This document shows, one piece after another, positions 47,007 through 55,553 of a stretch of 64,000 nt of DNA. The notes below the pieces were generated by a model. The model was not told the origin of the DNA. It saw nothing but the letters and a program-made list of their open reading frames with translations, and made no database searches. Location of the stretch: IMG/VR virus record IMGVR_UViG_3300002895_000002, positions 149,117 to 213,116 of that record. The stretch is one strand, 5' to 3'. This DNA is from a virus (Duplodnaviria > Caudoviricetes). How positions within the stretch are numbered: the first letter of the stretch is position 1; every line of letters begins with the position of its first letter. The translations under genes and the position numbers were made by a program.

Positions 47007-47216
47007 TGAACACTCCGTCCAAAGTTCGTTTTATAAAGAAGGCGTCCATCGATCAGATCCGCTGGGGGGAGCAACGATGACCCGAATGACCTCCTTGAGG
47101 TTGGTAAAGTGTACGATGTTGAGGACTGGGAAGTACACTCCTGGCATACCAAGGTGCATCTGAAGGACTTCCCGGGTAAGCGGTTCAACTCGGTGAACTT
47201 CGAGGTGGTCGAGTGA
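47006..47216 (+). CDS. Conserved phage hypothetical protein, frameshifted at the G6 run 47064-47069
   Basis: Removing one G gives IRWGSNDDPNDLLEVGKVYDVEDWEVHSWHTKVHLKDFPGKRFNSVNF. Confidence 0.55.
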
Positions 47217-47803
47217 GAACAATCATCTTCCTGGATTATGATTCAGTCCTGAACGATCTGGGCCTGGCATGGCTCCGCTGGTTGAATCCAAAATTCGGTG
47301 TGAACATCACTCAGTCCGACATTCTTCACTTCAACTGGCTTGAAGAGAACTTCCCGGGTGCCAACGAGTTCTGGGCAACTCCTGGCATCTACCATAATCA
47401 CGTGAAACCACTGCCTGGCTCACATGATTTTGTTGCTAGGTGTATTCATCTGGTAGGTAGAGAAAATGTCTTTGTTCTGACCAGTTCACTGTCAAACATG
47501 GAACATGAAAAAGACGAGCATATCATGTATCATTACGGTCTTGATCTGAGTCAAATCATCCATGCCCATGATAAGGCCATCTATACCAAAGAGGGCATTC
47601 TGGTTGACGATCACCCAAAGAACTGCATAAACCACATCAACACCCACTGCACCCATGCTATTCTTTTCGACAAGGACAGCGAGTACGGTTGGTCCAAACC
47701 AGAACGGTATGATTTCTACGAGCCATCGTACCATGACCGTTTCATCCATCGGTGCACTGATTATACCCAAGTCCTTCGTTGTATCAGGAGACACCTATGT
47801 TGA
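47213..47803 (+). CDS. 5'(3')-deoxyribonucleotidase, HAD family
   Basis: FLDYDSVL, PLPG, LTS, ILVDD motifs. Confidence 0.8.
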   Translation: MRTIIFLDYDSVLNDLGLAWLRWLNPKFGVNITQSDILHFNWLEENFPGANEFWATPGIYHNHVKPLPGSHDFVARCIHLVGRENVFVLTSSLSNMEHEKDEHIMYHYGLDLSQIIHAHDKAIYTKEGILVDDHPKNCINHINTHCTHAILFDKDSEYGWSKPERYDFYEPSYHDRFIHRCTDYTQVLRCIRRHLC

Positions 47804-48387
47804 TTGAAATCCTAACCTACATTGCGATGGTGGCTGCGATTGGTGGCGGTCTGATTATGGCCGGCAAAAATCATACCTTAGCAGTCAAGTGGTTTGAGTT
47901 TGGCAATGCAGTCACTCTTGCTGTAGGTCTGGGAACCGGCAACATAGCATTGATTCTGACCGTTCTGGGGTTCATGGCGATTAACACCAAAATATACCAT
48001 GACCCAGAATACAGACTCTTCCTTGTTCTGATCTTCTGTTACCTCCTTTCATTGCTCGGTGTTAGTATGGAAGTCTTTATGCGAATGGATTGGATAGGTC
48101 TCATTGCTACTGCATCTGCTCTTCGTGGGGCATGGTGTGTTGTTCTTGGTCGATTTAGGGAGATGAGCTATCAATGGATCTTTGCTGACAGTCTATTCAC
48201 GTATGTTGGCATCAGAGATGGACTTCCGGGATTTACGATCCAATCAATCATCTTTGTCATTTGTGGTATTTTCCGGCTATACGGTATAGATCCGTTCGAA
48301 GTGGTCCGTCGGTGGTGGGGTAATCTTCTCATTTTGATAAATAAAACAAGAGAAATTCCAACCACCGAAGAGAATAACCGTGAATAA
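47797..48387 (+). CDS. Integral membrane protein with two repeats (PnuC/transporter-like)
   Basis: Two similar three-helix hydrophobic units. Confidence 0.5.
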   Translation: MLIEILTYIAMVAAIGGGLIMAGKNHTLAVKWFEFGNAVTLAVGLGTGNIALILTVLGFMAINTKIYHDPEYRLFLVLIFCYLLSLLGVSMEVFMRMDWIGLIATASALRGAWCVVLGRFREMSYQWIFADSLFTYVGIRDGLPGFTIQSIIFVICGIFRLYGIDPFEVVRRWWGNLLILINKTREIPTTEENNRE

Positions 48388-48652
48388 TGCAGAAGTAATC
48401 AAAGGACTGGCTTCCCGGCTGAACCTGACCCATGCTGAGTCCAAAGCAACCATCCAAGCCTTGATTGATGTTGTGACGGAAGGATTGACTGAGCAAGGCA
48501 AGGTAACCATCAATGGTCTCGGCACCCTTGAGGTCGTTGAGCGGAAGGCACGGGTCGGCCGGAACCCAAAGACTGGCGGTACGGTCGACGTCCCAGCTAA
48601 AAACGTGGTGAGGGTCAAAGGGAAGGAAAATCTTTTGCAGGCGATTCAATAA
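48380..48652 (+). CDS. hup: HU/IHF-like DNA-binding protein
   Basis: KVTINGLGTLEVVERKARVGRNPKTGGTVDVPAK. Confidence 0.95.
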   Translation: MNNAEVIKGLASRLNLTHAESKATIQALIDVVTEGLTEQGKVTINGLGTLEVVERKARVGRNPKTGGTVDVPAKNVVRVKGKENLLQAIQ

Positions 48653-48685
48653 ATAGTTGACAATTTCTTTTAACCGTGTTAGAGT
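48648..48685 (+). promoter_or_regulatory. Overlapping late (AATAAATA, 48648) and early (TTGACA 48657-N17-TAGAGT) promoters
   Basis: Motifs and spacing seen directly. Confidence 0.65.
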
Positions 48686-48717
48686 ATGACACATAATCAC
48701 AGACTAGGAGAATAAAG

Positions 48718-49173
48718 ATGGCAAACAATTTTGAGAGGATGATGGAACTGTTGGAGAATGATATGTCCAACAGTGGATGGTATGGGAAATTTCATGATGA
48801 AGCCTTCCGTGGTAAGGGAGATCCAGACCCAAAGGCTATTCATCGTGAATTGAGAAAACATGCAGAATACCAAGGTTTTGACGAGAAACCTGTGGTGAGC
48901 TACATCAAGAAAAACGGCGAAAACCATGGCAAAGAAATCTTCATGGTAGTAAAACACGAAGGCGCATCCATGTCCAAAGATTTATTGAAACATGTCAATA
49001 CTTCAATGAAAAACCATTTTCTGGGAAGACACGTTGCGACTGAGGTGGACCCAGCAAGAAAAAATGGAGAACTTCGTCCTGGTTTTAGCGAAATAAGGGT
49101 ATATGCCAAAGTTCCTGCTGGTCACCCAGACAAGGAAAGGAAAGGAAAACAAGTAAGTTCGGAGCTGATATAA
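48718..49173 (+). CDS. Hypothetical protein, possible internal head protein
   Basis: N-terminus MANNFERMMELLEND resembles those at 1224 and 1510. Confidence 0.55.
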   Translation: MANNFERMMELLENDMSNSGWYGKFHDEAFRGKGDPDPKAIHRELRKHAEYQGFDEKPVVSYIKKNGENHGKEIFMVVKHEGASMSKDLLKHVNTSMKNHFLGRHVATEVDPARKNGELRPGFSEIRVYAKVPAGHPDKERKGKQVSSELI

Positions 49174-49223
49174 ATAGTCTGGCCCCGCAGAATATGAAAA
49201 AATTCGATTAACCGAAAAACCTC

Positions 49224-49252
49224 TTGACAATCCAAATCCCATCTGCTATTCT
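49224..49252 (+). promoter_or_regulatory. Sigma70-type early promoter
   Basis: TTGACA-N17-TATTCT. Confidence 0.8.
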
Positions 49253-49299
49253 GTTTATAACGATAGCAGATGGGATTTTTCATTTTCAGGAGGTATATC

Positions 49300-49742
49300 A
49301 TGTCGCTTGTTCCTGTCGTCAGAGTCAAACTGGTCAAAGAAGGTAACGTTCGCACCACTGATAAGCGGTTCACCTCTCCTGAGCAAGTAGCCGAAATGGC
49401 CCGGGCCTTTTCGACGACACCGACCGTGAAATATTCGCCGCGTTCTATCTGAACGGTAAAAACCAGATTTCGGGTGTAAACGAGGTCAGTGTCGGTTCCC
49501 TCAACCAATCAATCGTTCATCCCCGTGAAGTATTCAAAGGTGCTCTCCTCGCTAACGCGGCGGCGGTCATTCTCGTTCACAATCACCCTACCGGTGACCC
49601 CTCTCCCAGTCAAGAAGATAAAGAAATCACCCGCAGACTCAAAGCTGTAGGTGACGATCTTGGCATTCGGGTTCTGGATCACGTGATTGTCGGTGATGGT
49701 ACCGAAAATTATATGAGCTTCTGTGATAGTGGGTTGATTTAG
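49300..49742 (+). CDS. radC: RadC-like JAB/MPN domain protein, frameshifted at the T4 run 49408-49411
   Basis: Adding one T restores VGSLNQSIVHPREVFKGALLANAAAVILVHNHPTGDPSPSQEDK...VLDHVIVG. Confidence 0.85.
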
Positions 49743-49762
49743 AAATTCAGGTAAATAATCTG

Positions 49763-49791
49763 TTGACATATCCTTTCTTTTCCTGTAATAT
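49763..49791 (+). promoter_or_regulatory. Sigma70-type early promoter
   Basis: TTGACA-N17-TAATAT. Confidence 0.7.
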
Positions 49792-49820
49792 AAAATTACA
49801 ATTTGAGAGGGAGGTAGACA

Positions 49821-50138
49821 ATGAAAAACATCAAATTCAGCAAAGACAACTGGTCCGGTGGAAGTTCGGTAGTAAAGATCAACGAGAAGACCGGTGAGTT
49901 TACTCTCAGTCATATGACTGAGAAATTCAAGCTGAAATTGACCGCCACTGAAGACTTTGAAAATATCTTCGAGATTTTGTTGGTCGAGAAAAAATCCTTA
50001 CTGAAACTTGGTACTGTATATCATAACTATGTCAACGACTGTTCGGATGCCGTCGGCAACGGTGGTGTAGATCGCCAACATACCGGAAAATACTCGCACT
50101 ATGTGGCAGCAGCAAAACTTATTTGTAACGTTCTCTAA
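49821..50138 (+). CDS. Hypothetical protein
   Basis: GGAGGT RBS. Confidence 0.6.
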   Translation: MKNIKFSKDNWSGGSSVVKINEKTGEFTLSHMTEKFKLKLTATEDFENIFEILLVEKKSLLKLGTVYHNYVNDCSDAVGNGGVDRQHTGKYSHYVAAAKLICNVL

Positions 50139-50149
50139 AGGAGGATAAC

Positions 50150-50602
50150 ATGCCATCAGCATTCGTTGGTCTTCGTTCAGCAACCACTGAGTTCTATGTT
50201 GAATACACCGCCAAAAAGCAAACACCCGAGGGTGTCGTTATAAGTACCGAAGAAAGAAAAGAATTCCCGGGTACGGTTGAAGGTGCAATTAAACTCCGTG
50301 AATTTATTGATGGACTTTGTGATAAAGGTTATCTCGTAAACGGTTCAAGTGACCTCTATCACCCGAGGGAGTTTCCCGGGTTTGAACTAGGTGCAATCGA
50401 CATCGCGTCCGGGGAAGTAGATGTCAGGCCTGTTCAAAAACGTGTCGTACTCCCAAACGACGATCACACCGCTCTTCTAAACAGAATTGCAAAACTTGAG
50501 CAAGGACTGAAAGAAGCCGCCGCTCATATTGTGAAACTTCAGAAGCACATCAATGCTCTTGAGCACGGTAATGTCGGACACGCGGGGGTAACCAAAAAAT
50601 GA
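50150..50602 (+). CDS. Hypothetical protein with C-terminal coiled coil
   Basis: AGGAGG RBS. Confidence 0.6.
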   Translation: MPSAFVGLRSATTEFYVEYTAKKQTPEGVVISTEERKEFPGTVEGAIKLREFIDGLCDKGYLVNGSSDLYHPREFPGFELGAIDIASGEVDVRPVQKRVVLPNDDHTALLNRIAKLEQGLKEAAAHIVKLQKHINALEHGNVGHAGVTKK

Positions 50603-50952
50603 TCATTCCATGCTTCGTTTGTGGTTCTGATAAAATTGTCATTGCCCCGGCTGAATGCAGTAATCGTTTCATAATAACGTGTCAATGCGGCGATACCCCT
50701 CATCAACCAGGTTCTGACACCGAGCCGATGTGCTTTGTTTCTATCGATGCGGCCATAGCTCAATGGAATCTTCGGGTTCACGGCAAGATGATGAGACTCA
50801 TCAATCGTCAAAAGAACAGAATAGATAGTCTTGAAAAATTTATTCTCAATGTCCCTCATTCCAAGTCATGTTTGGATAGTTTGGCTTATGGTGGAAATGT
50901 TGCTGTGGTAAAAATCTCATTCTCGGAGCAGGACAATGAAAGAAGCCAGTAA
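50599..50952 (+). CDS. Lar-like zinc-finger hypothetical protein
   Basis: PCFVCGS...CQC...AAIAQWN. Confidence 0.5.
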   Translation: MIIPCFVCGSDKIVIAPAECSNRFIITCQCGDTPHQPGSDTEPMCFVSIDAAIAQWNLRVHGKMMRLINRQKNRIDSLEKFILNVPHSKSCLDSLAYGGNVAVVKISFSEQDNERSQ

Positions 50953-52474
50953 GGCAATGCGCCGCCGTGCTCAGACCAATGAGTACGATCAGTACTTCAA
51001 GGGTCACGGCGTCGACATTGGATGTGGCGATGACAACATAGTGCAGTTCGCAGATCGCTTCGGGATGACATCATGTCGTGGGTATGACCTGCAGGACGGC
51101 AATGCACAACACTGTCTGAACCTCGAGGACCAATCTTTCGACTTTCTGCATTCCTCCCATTGCCTTGAGCACATGGAAAACCCATTCCAGGCCATGCATA
51201 ACTGGATAAGGGTGGTGAAGACTGGTGGATACCTGGTCATCACCGTGCCCGATGAGGTGATGTATGAGAAACGGAAGTGGCCTCCTGTCTTCAATAAAGA
51301 CCACAAGTGGTCCTTCCGGCTCAACGATAGCCCATGCAGCGACCGCTCTCTGGACGCGATGGACTTTTTCAGATCGTTCGGTCATGTTCGTATCGTCTCG
51401 GTGAAGTATCTGAATGATGGATACTACGAGGACGGAACAGACCTCACAGCGATAGCCGGGGCAAGCCATGAATGTGCCATAGAGGTCGTACTTCAGAAAA
51501 TCTCGCATCCGTATAAGTCCGTTCGGAACTGGGCTCTGAACGGCTTTGCATTCGTCCTGAATAGCCTGGCCATGGGTGATGTGATCGCAGCAGTGCCGGT
51601 CATAAAGTACAACATCGAGCGGTTCTATGCCGACGGCCAGATGCCTTACCGGGTTGTGGCCAAGAAGATGTTCAGGCCGCTCTTCCCGTTCGTGGATGAT
51701 GCTCATTGGCATGACTTTGAAGATGCCGCGAATGACTGGGGCATCCCGAAGAACTGGGCTGTGGGTGTGCTGAACCAGAAGAACAGCGGCACCAACATCA
51801 TCCGGTCAACCCCGAAGACAATGCTGCTTGGACAGTATGCCGCACTGAAACTGACTGACCGCATGCTCCCGGTGGAGGTTCTCAACTACGTCCCGTTGGA
51901 AAAGGTGGACATCTCCAAGTTCAACACTGACTTCAGTAAGGCAGTGATCTTCGTAAGCACCTACAGAGATTACACCCGAAGCTGGCGTGCTGACCACATG
52001 CTTGAGGTGGCTAAGTTCGTAAAAAGCATCGGCCTGTTACCGGTGTTCATCGGCAAGACCGACATGAACCTCGACACCAAGATCGCTCCGAAGACATCCT
52101 TGCCCGACGATGTCTCTGAGTACGGCCTGGACCTTCGCAATGCCACCACTATCCCGGAGCTTTACACCATCATGTCAGAGGCCAAGATTGTGCTCGGCAT
52201 GGACTCTGGACCCATCCATCTGGCAGGGTGCAGCAGTGTTCCCATAGTTTGCGGCTATACCAGTGTAGATGCATCAGTCCGCATCCCGGTCAGAAAAGAC
52301 GGACCGACTGTCACCATAAAGCCGCGTATGGATTGTGCTTCATGTGAAACAAACTGGGCAAGCCACTTCCATAACTTCGAGGAGTGCTTCTTCGGACATG
52401 CCAAGTGTGTCGATGATATGTTGCCAGAGCGGTTCATCCATGCTATCGGCCTCATACTTTCAAAGGAGAAATAA
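50936..52474 (+). CDS. SAM methyltransferase fused to a GT9 (heptosyltransferase-like) glycosyltransferase
   Basis: GVDIGCG, FDFLHSSHCLEHM, RVVKTGG; then LAMGDVIAAVP, AKIVLGMDSGPIHLAG. Confidence 0.85.
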   Translation: MKEASKAMRRRAQTNEYDQYFKGHGVDIGCGDDNIVQFADRFGMTSCRGYDLQDGNAQHCLNLEDQSFDFLHSSHCLEHMENPFQAMHNWIRVVKTGGYLVITVPDEVMYEKRKWPPVFNKDHKWSFRLNDSPCSDRSLDAMDFFRSFGHVRIVSVKYLNDGYYEDGTDLTAIAGASHECAIEVVLQKISHPYKSVRNWALNGFAFVLNSLAMGDVIAAVPVIKYNIERFYADGQMPYRVVAKKMFRPLFPFVDDAHWHDFEDAANDWGIPKNWAVGVLNQKNSGTNIIRSTPKTMLLGQYAALKLTDRMLPVEVLNYVPLEKVDISKFNTDFSKAVIFVSTYRDYTRSWRADHMLEVAKFVKSIGLLPVFIGKTDMNLDTKIAPKTSLPDDVSEYGLDLRNATTIPELYTIMSEAKIVLGMDSGPIHLAGCSSVPIVCGYTSVDASVRIPVRKDGPTVTIKPRMDCASCETNWASHFHNFEECFFGHAKCVDDMLPERFIHAIGLILSKEK

Positions 52475-52477
52475 CGA

Positions 52478-52747
52478 ATGGAACGAATGAACATCGAAAA
52501 TACCAATTCAAAGATCCGAAGCACCTATAAGTTTGATTTTGATAATGGGGTCTGGCATCAATGTCCAAACGGAGTGAAGGACATAGAGAAGGGTGACCTT
52601 TTCTACATAGCCGAGCCCGAAGGCGGACGAGTAAAGGACAGAGACGGTTATGAGATCTTTGTCGCCATTGCCAATCCCACCCTCCATGAAGAATCAGGAC
52701 GAATGCAGGTTGAGTGCCTTCCAGTTCCAACATTCAAGGAGAACTAA
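52478..52747 (+). CDS. Hypothetical protein
   Basis: AAGGAG RBS. Confidence 0.55.
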   Translation: MERMNIENTNSKIRSTYKFDFDNGVWHQCPNGVKDIEKGDLFYIAEPEGGRVKDRDGYEIFVAIANPTLHEESGRMQVECLPVPTFKEN

Positions 52748-52750
52748 CCA

Positions 52751-53120
52751 ATGAAAATCAACGAAGCTCTTGAAGTAACCGGAAAAATACGTCGGGTAGG
52801 ATGGGATTTTGACATCTTTGCCAGGCTCGAAAGTGCTCTTTCGTTCAAACTCTTCAAGTCATTCGGTGATGACTAGGAGCAACTTTACGGCGGTGGACTG
52901 GGAACCGGTTTACGACCGATCCAAAACACTGAACATTATCCAGGCCATGAACGAACTCACTGACGGTGCCAAGATCATCAAGCGAATTGATACCGGCAGA
53001 ACATACAGAATGGTCAACGAACGACTTTATCCGACGCATGGTGGAGATGGGTGTTCTGGTCCGGCTGCAGTGGTTCTCTCCATGGAGTTTATTAATGCAC
53101 GATATGTGGTCGTGTCATAG
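52751..53120 (+). CDS. Hypothetical two-repeat protein, distantly DUF2829-like, frameshifted near 52803
   Basis: INEALEVTGKIRRVGW...AVDWEPV, then NIIQAMNELTDGAKIIKR. Confidence 0.35.
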
Positions 53121-53137
53121 AAAGGTGGTGATTCCAA

Positions 53138-53287
53138 GTGGGTCTAGAAAAAGAACGCTGCTTGAAGTGTTCTGGATCGAAGCTTGTACCGCATTCATTC
53201 CTGACGTTTCAGTGCCGGGATTGTGGTGAAGTACACATCGTCAATGAAGAGGGTGAACTTGACGGTGAACTTTTGTGTTGTGCCTAA
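53138..53287 (+). CDS. Small zinc-ribbon protein
   Basis: GTG start; CLKC...CRDC. Confidence 0.5.
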   Translation: MGLEKERCLKCSGSKLVPHSFLTFQCRDCGEVHIVNEEGELDGELLCCA

Positions 53288-53293
53288 AAACTG

Positions 53294-53322
53294 TTGACAA
53301 TCTCTAGGATGTTTGTTATTAT
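53294..53322 (+). promoter_or_regulatory. Sigma70-type early promoter
   Basis: TTGACA-N17-TATTAT. Confidence 0.8.
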
Positions 53323-53435
53323 AGACTTACGATAACAAACAACTTGGAGGTTATCATGAAACTCATTCCCGCTATTATAAGTAATGCCAAGTCGAACAGA
53401 GTACCTCAAAGTTACCTGTTCTATTTATAATTTTG

Positions 53436-53464
53436 TTGACATTTCCTTTAGAAAATAATATAAT
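53436..53464 (+). promoter_or_regulatory. Consensus sigma70 promoter
   Basis: TTGACA-N17-TATAAT. Confidence 0.85.
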
Positions 53465-53501
53465 AGAAACATAATAGAAACATAATTGAGAGGAGAATGA
53501 C

Positions 53502-53678
53502 ATGAAAAATGTAAGACGCTTTAATGTTGACGGATTTGCTGACGAAAACTCTGAAGGTAATTATGTTCTCTACACCGACTACGAGAAACTCGAGCAGCGT
53601 TATCGCTCACTCCTGGAGATGGTTAAGGATACCGGACTTCACATCGCCAAAGACCTCAAGGAGGTTTGCCAACCATAA
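53502..53678 (+). CDS. Small hypothetical protein (58 aa)
   Basis: AGGAG RBS; MKNVRRFNVDGFADENSEGNYVLYTDYEKLE. Confidence 0.55.
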   Translation: MKNVRRFNVDGFADENSEGNYVLYTDYEKLEQRYRSLLEMVKDTGLHIAKDLKEVCQP

Positions 53679-53824
53679 GCTGCCAGCACGCTGGGAAGGA
53701 ATGATGGGGTAGTCGAAAGGCCGCCACATTTTTATTTTGCGTCTCTCATTTTTTGTTTACATCACTTAATTCTTGTGATATAATGTATTTAGAAGGATGA
53801 TATTAAGTAAGGGAGGTACACACT

Positions 53825-54508
53825 ATGTCGCGCTATTGGGAAGTTCCGGAATACAACATGAGCGACTGGGACGCTCAGCAGTTCGCCATGAAGAACAGCT
53901 ACGGCCGCGCCTACATGAACGAGATCAGGGAGCGGTTCGGTCTCTCGCCCAACTTCGTAGCCGAGGTCACAGGGGTTAGGGCCGACGGTTCGCCGGCAAC
54001 ATGCACAGTCTTTGTCGTGACTGATGGATTCAGCTTCCGCACTGATGCTGTTCATCACAAGGGTCGGTACATCCTCAACGGTTTTAAGTCTTCCACTGCT
54101 CAGCGCGCCGTCACCTGCACTTACCAGGAACTCTCTGAGCAGATCAATGCAAACGAGATCTATCAGGACATCCAGGACGCGGCCAAGATCATCGCCCACG
54201 AGAAGCACATCGAAGTGATGGCACGCCTCTACCGCGGAATGAGCCCGGCGGCCCTCGAAGCAGCAACCGACCGCATCTGGGAATTGGCCGCATCCGACAA
54301 GTACGAGGAACTTTATGCATGGTTCATGGATCACGGGTTCAAGAACATCCCTCCAATTGAAGTGCTCCGCAGCAACCTGAAGCCCTCGATGAAGGACTGG
54401 GTCACCAAGTCCGGCCCCGACGGTTGGGGACATCAGTGTGGTTTGGCAATGAAGATCAATTGGAAAGCCCGCAACTTCGAATCTTACGGATGGTCGTCCG
54501 ACGACTAA
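53825..54508 (+). CDS. Hypothetical protein
   Basis: GGGAGG RBS; GC-rich phage codon usage. Confidence 0.7.
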   Translation: MSRYWEVPEYNMSDWDAQQFAMKNSYGRAYMNEIRERFGLSPNFVAEVTGVRADGSPATCTVFVVTDGFSFRTDAVHHKGRYILNGFKSSTAQRAVTCTYQELSEQINANEIYQDIQDAAKIIAHEKHIEVMARLYRGMSPAALEAATDRIWELAASDKYEELYAWFMDHGFKNIPPIEVLRSNLKPSMKDWVTKSGPDGWGHQCGLAMKINWKARNFESYGWSSDD

Positions 54509-54517
54509 GGAGGGAAC

Positions 54518-54610
54518 GTGAAGTTCTGGAAATTCGTGGCCGACTGCATCAAAACGGCAATAGATCTGCAACTCGCAGTGAAGAAGAAAGCAGAAAAAGT
54601 CAAGAAATAG
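54518..54610 (+). CDS. 30-aa basic peptide
   Basis: AAGGAGG RBS plus GTG. Confidence 0.4.
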   Translation: MKFWKFVADCIKTAIDLQLAVKKKAEKVKK

Positions 54611-54817
54611 ATCTCGAATGGCCTTTGAGCTTTGCTTTTATAATGAATCTAGGAGGGATGTATGTAGCAGTCCAGAAATGTAGTGCCGCATTCCTTCCTG
54701 ACAGTCAAATGTCTTAACTGCCATGCTGTGCACGTGATAAACGAAGAAGGTGAACTCTGTGGAGATTTTCTTTGTTGTGCATAAAAATTGTTGACAAATC
54801 CAGCCAGGAGGTTGCCA

Positions 54818-54991
54818 ATGAAACCATTCTCTGCTATCATCTGTACCCTTTCCATTGTTGCCTGCATTATCGCCGCTGTTGAACTTCCGATAACTCCAGG
54901 TCTTCTCCTTTCCCTTTTTCCTCTCGCAGCATTCATCTTCCTCGGTGCCATCGGCAAGTTCGACCGTAAACCCTCTAAAGGAGGCAAGTAA
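54818..54991 (+). CDS. Small membrane protein
   Basis: AGGAGG RBS; two hydrophobic helices. Confidence 0.55.
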   Translation: MKPFSAIICTLSIVACIIAAVELPITPGLLLSLFPLAAFIFLGAIGKFDRKPSKGGK

Positions 54992-55500
54992 TGAAAGTTG
55001 AAGCCGAAGTCAAAGAGATGTTCACATTATCCCTTCAGAACCGCTGTCATTATGGCGGCGAATATGATTCTTCAAAAGACTTCACCATTTCCCATACACA
55101 TGAGGATCGCGACCGCGTCATCAAGGTGATGGTCTACAAGCTGGCCAAAGCCATAGTTCAGCGTAGATTCCAAGCAGAGAATGTCGAAGGATATTACTGC
55201 ATGTATCTCATTTATGACGGTAAGTTCTTTCCTCTTCAGGACATCGGCAACATGGAGTACGAGCCGATGCGTCTCGAAGGTAATCGCGGTTACTCCGATG
55301 TGGTTTTCTCACCTGACCTGAAGATATGGGTCGAACGTTTCGAGAAGAAAGCTAAACGTGATGCCGAACGTCGTCACCGGGAACAGCTAAAGCTCAACGA
55401 GGAGAACCAGAAGAAATGTGAAGAGGCATTCGAGATGTCGGAGAGGAAACTCCTCAATGATCTCCTCAAGAAATATGGGATACCCAAAGAAATCCGTTGA
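54991..55500 (+). CDS. Hypothetical protein
   Basis: GGAGG RBS, coupled. Confidence 0.6.
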   Translation: MKVEAEVKEMFTLSLQNRCHYGGEYDSSKDFTISHTHEDRDRVIKVMVYKLAKAIVQRRFQAENVEGYYCMYLIYDGKFFPLQDIGNMEYEPMRLEGNRGYSDVVFSPDLKIWVERFEKKAKRDAERRHREQLKLNEENQKKCEEAFEMSERKLLNDLLKKYGIPKEIR

Positions 55501-55525
55501 CATTCAGCTCTCCATGATATACAAT
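55497..55525 (+). promoter_or_regulatory. Sigma70-type early promoter
   Basis: TTGACA-N17-TACAAT. Confidence 0.8.
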
Positions 55526-55553
55526 GAATCAACAACGATGAAAGGAGAGCTAT

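Noticed and set aside
54791-54817. Early promoter before the small membrane gene
   Set aside because: TTGACA is present, but the RBS lies in the spacer and the -10 position reads GCCAAT; there is no acceptable -10 box. It is probably a deletion remnant.
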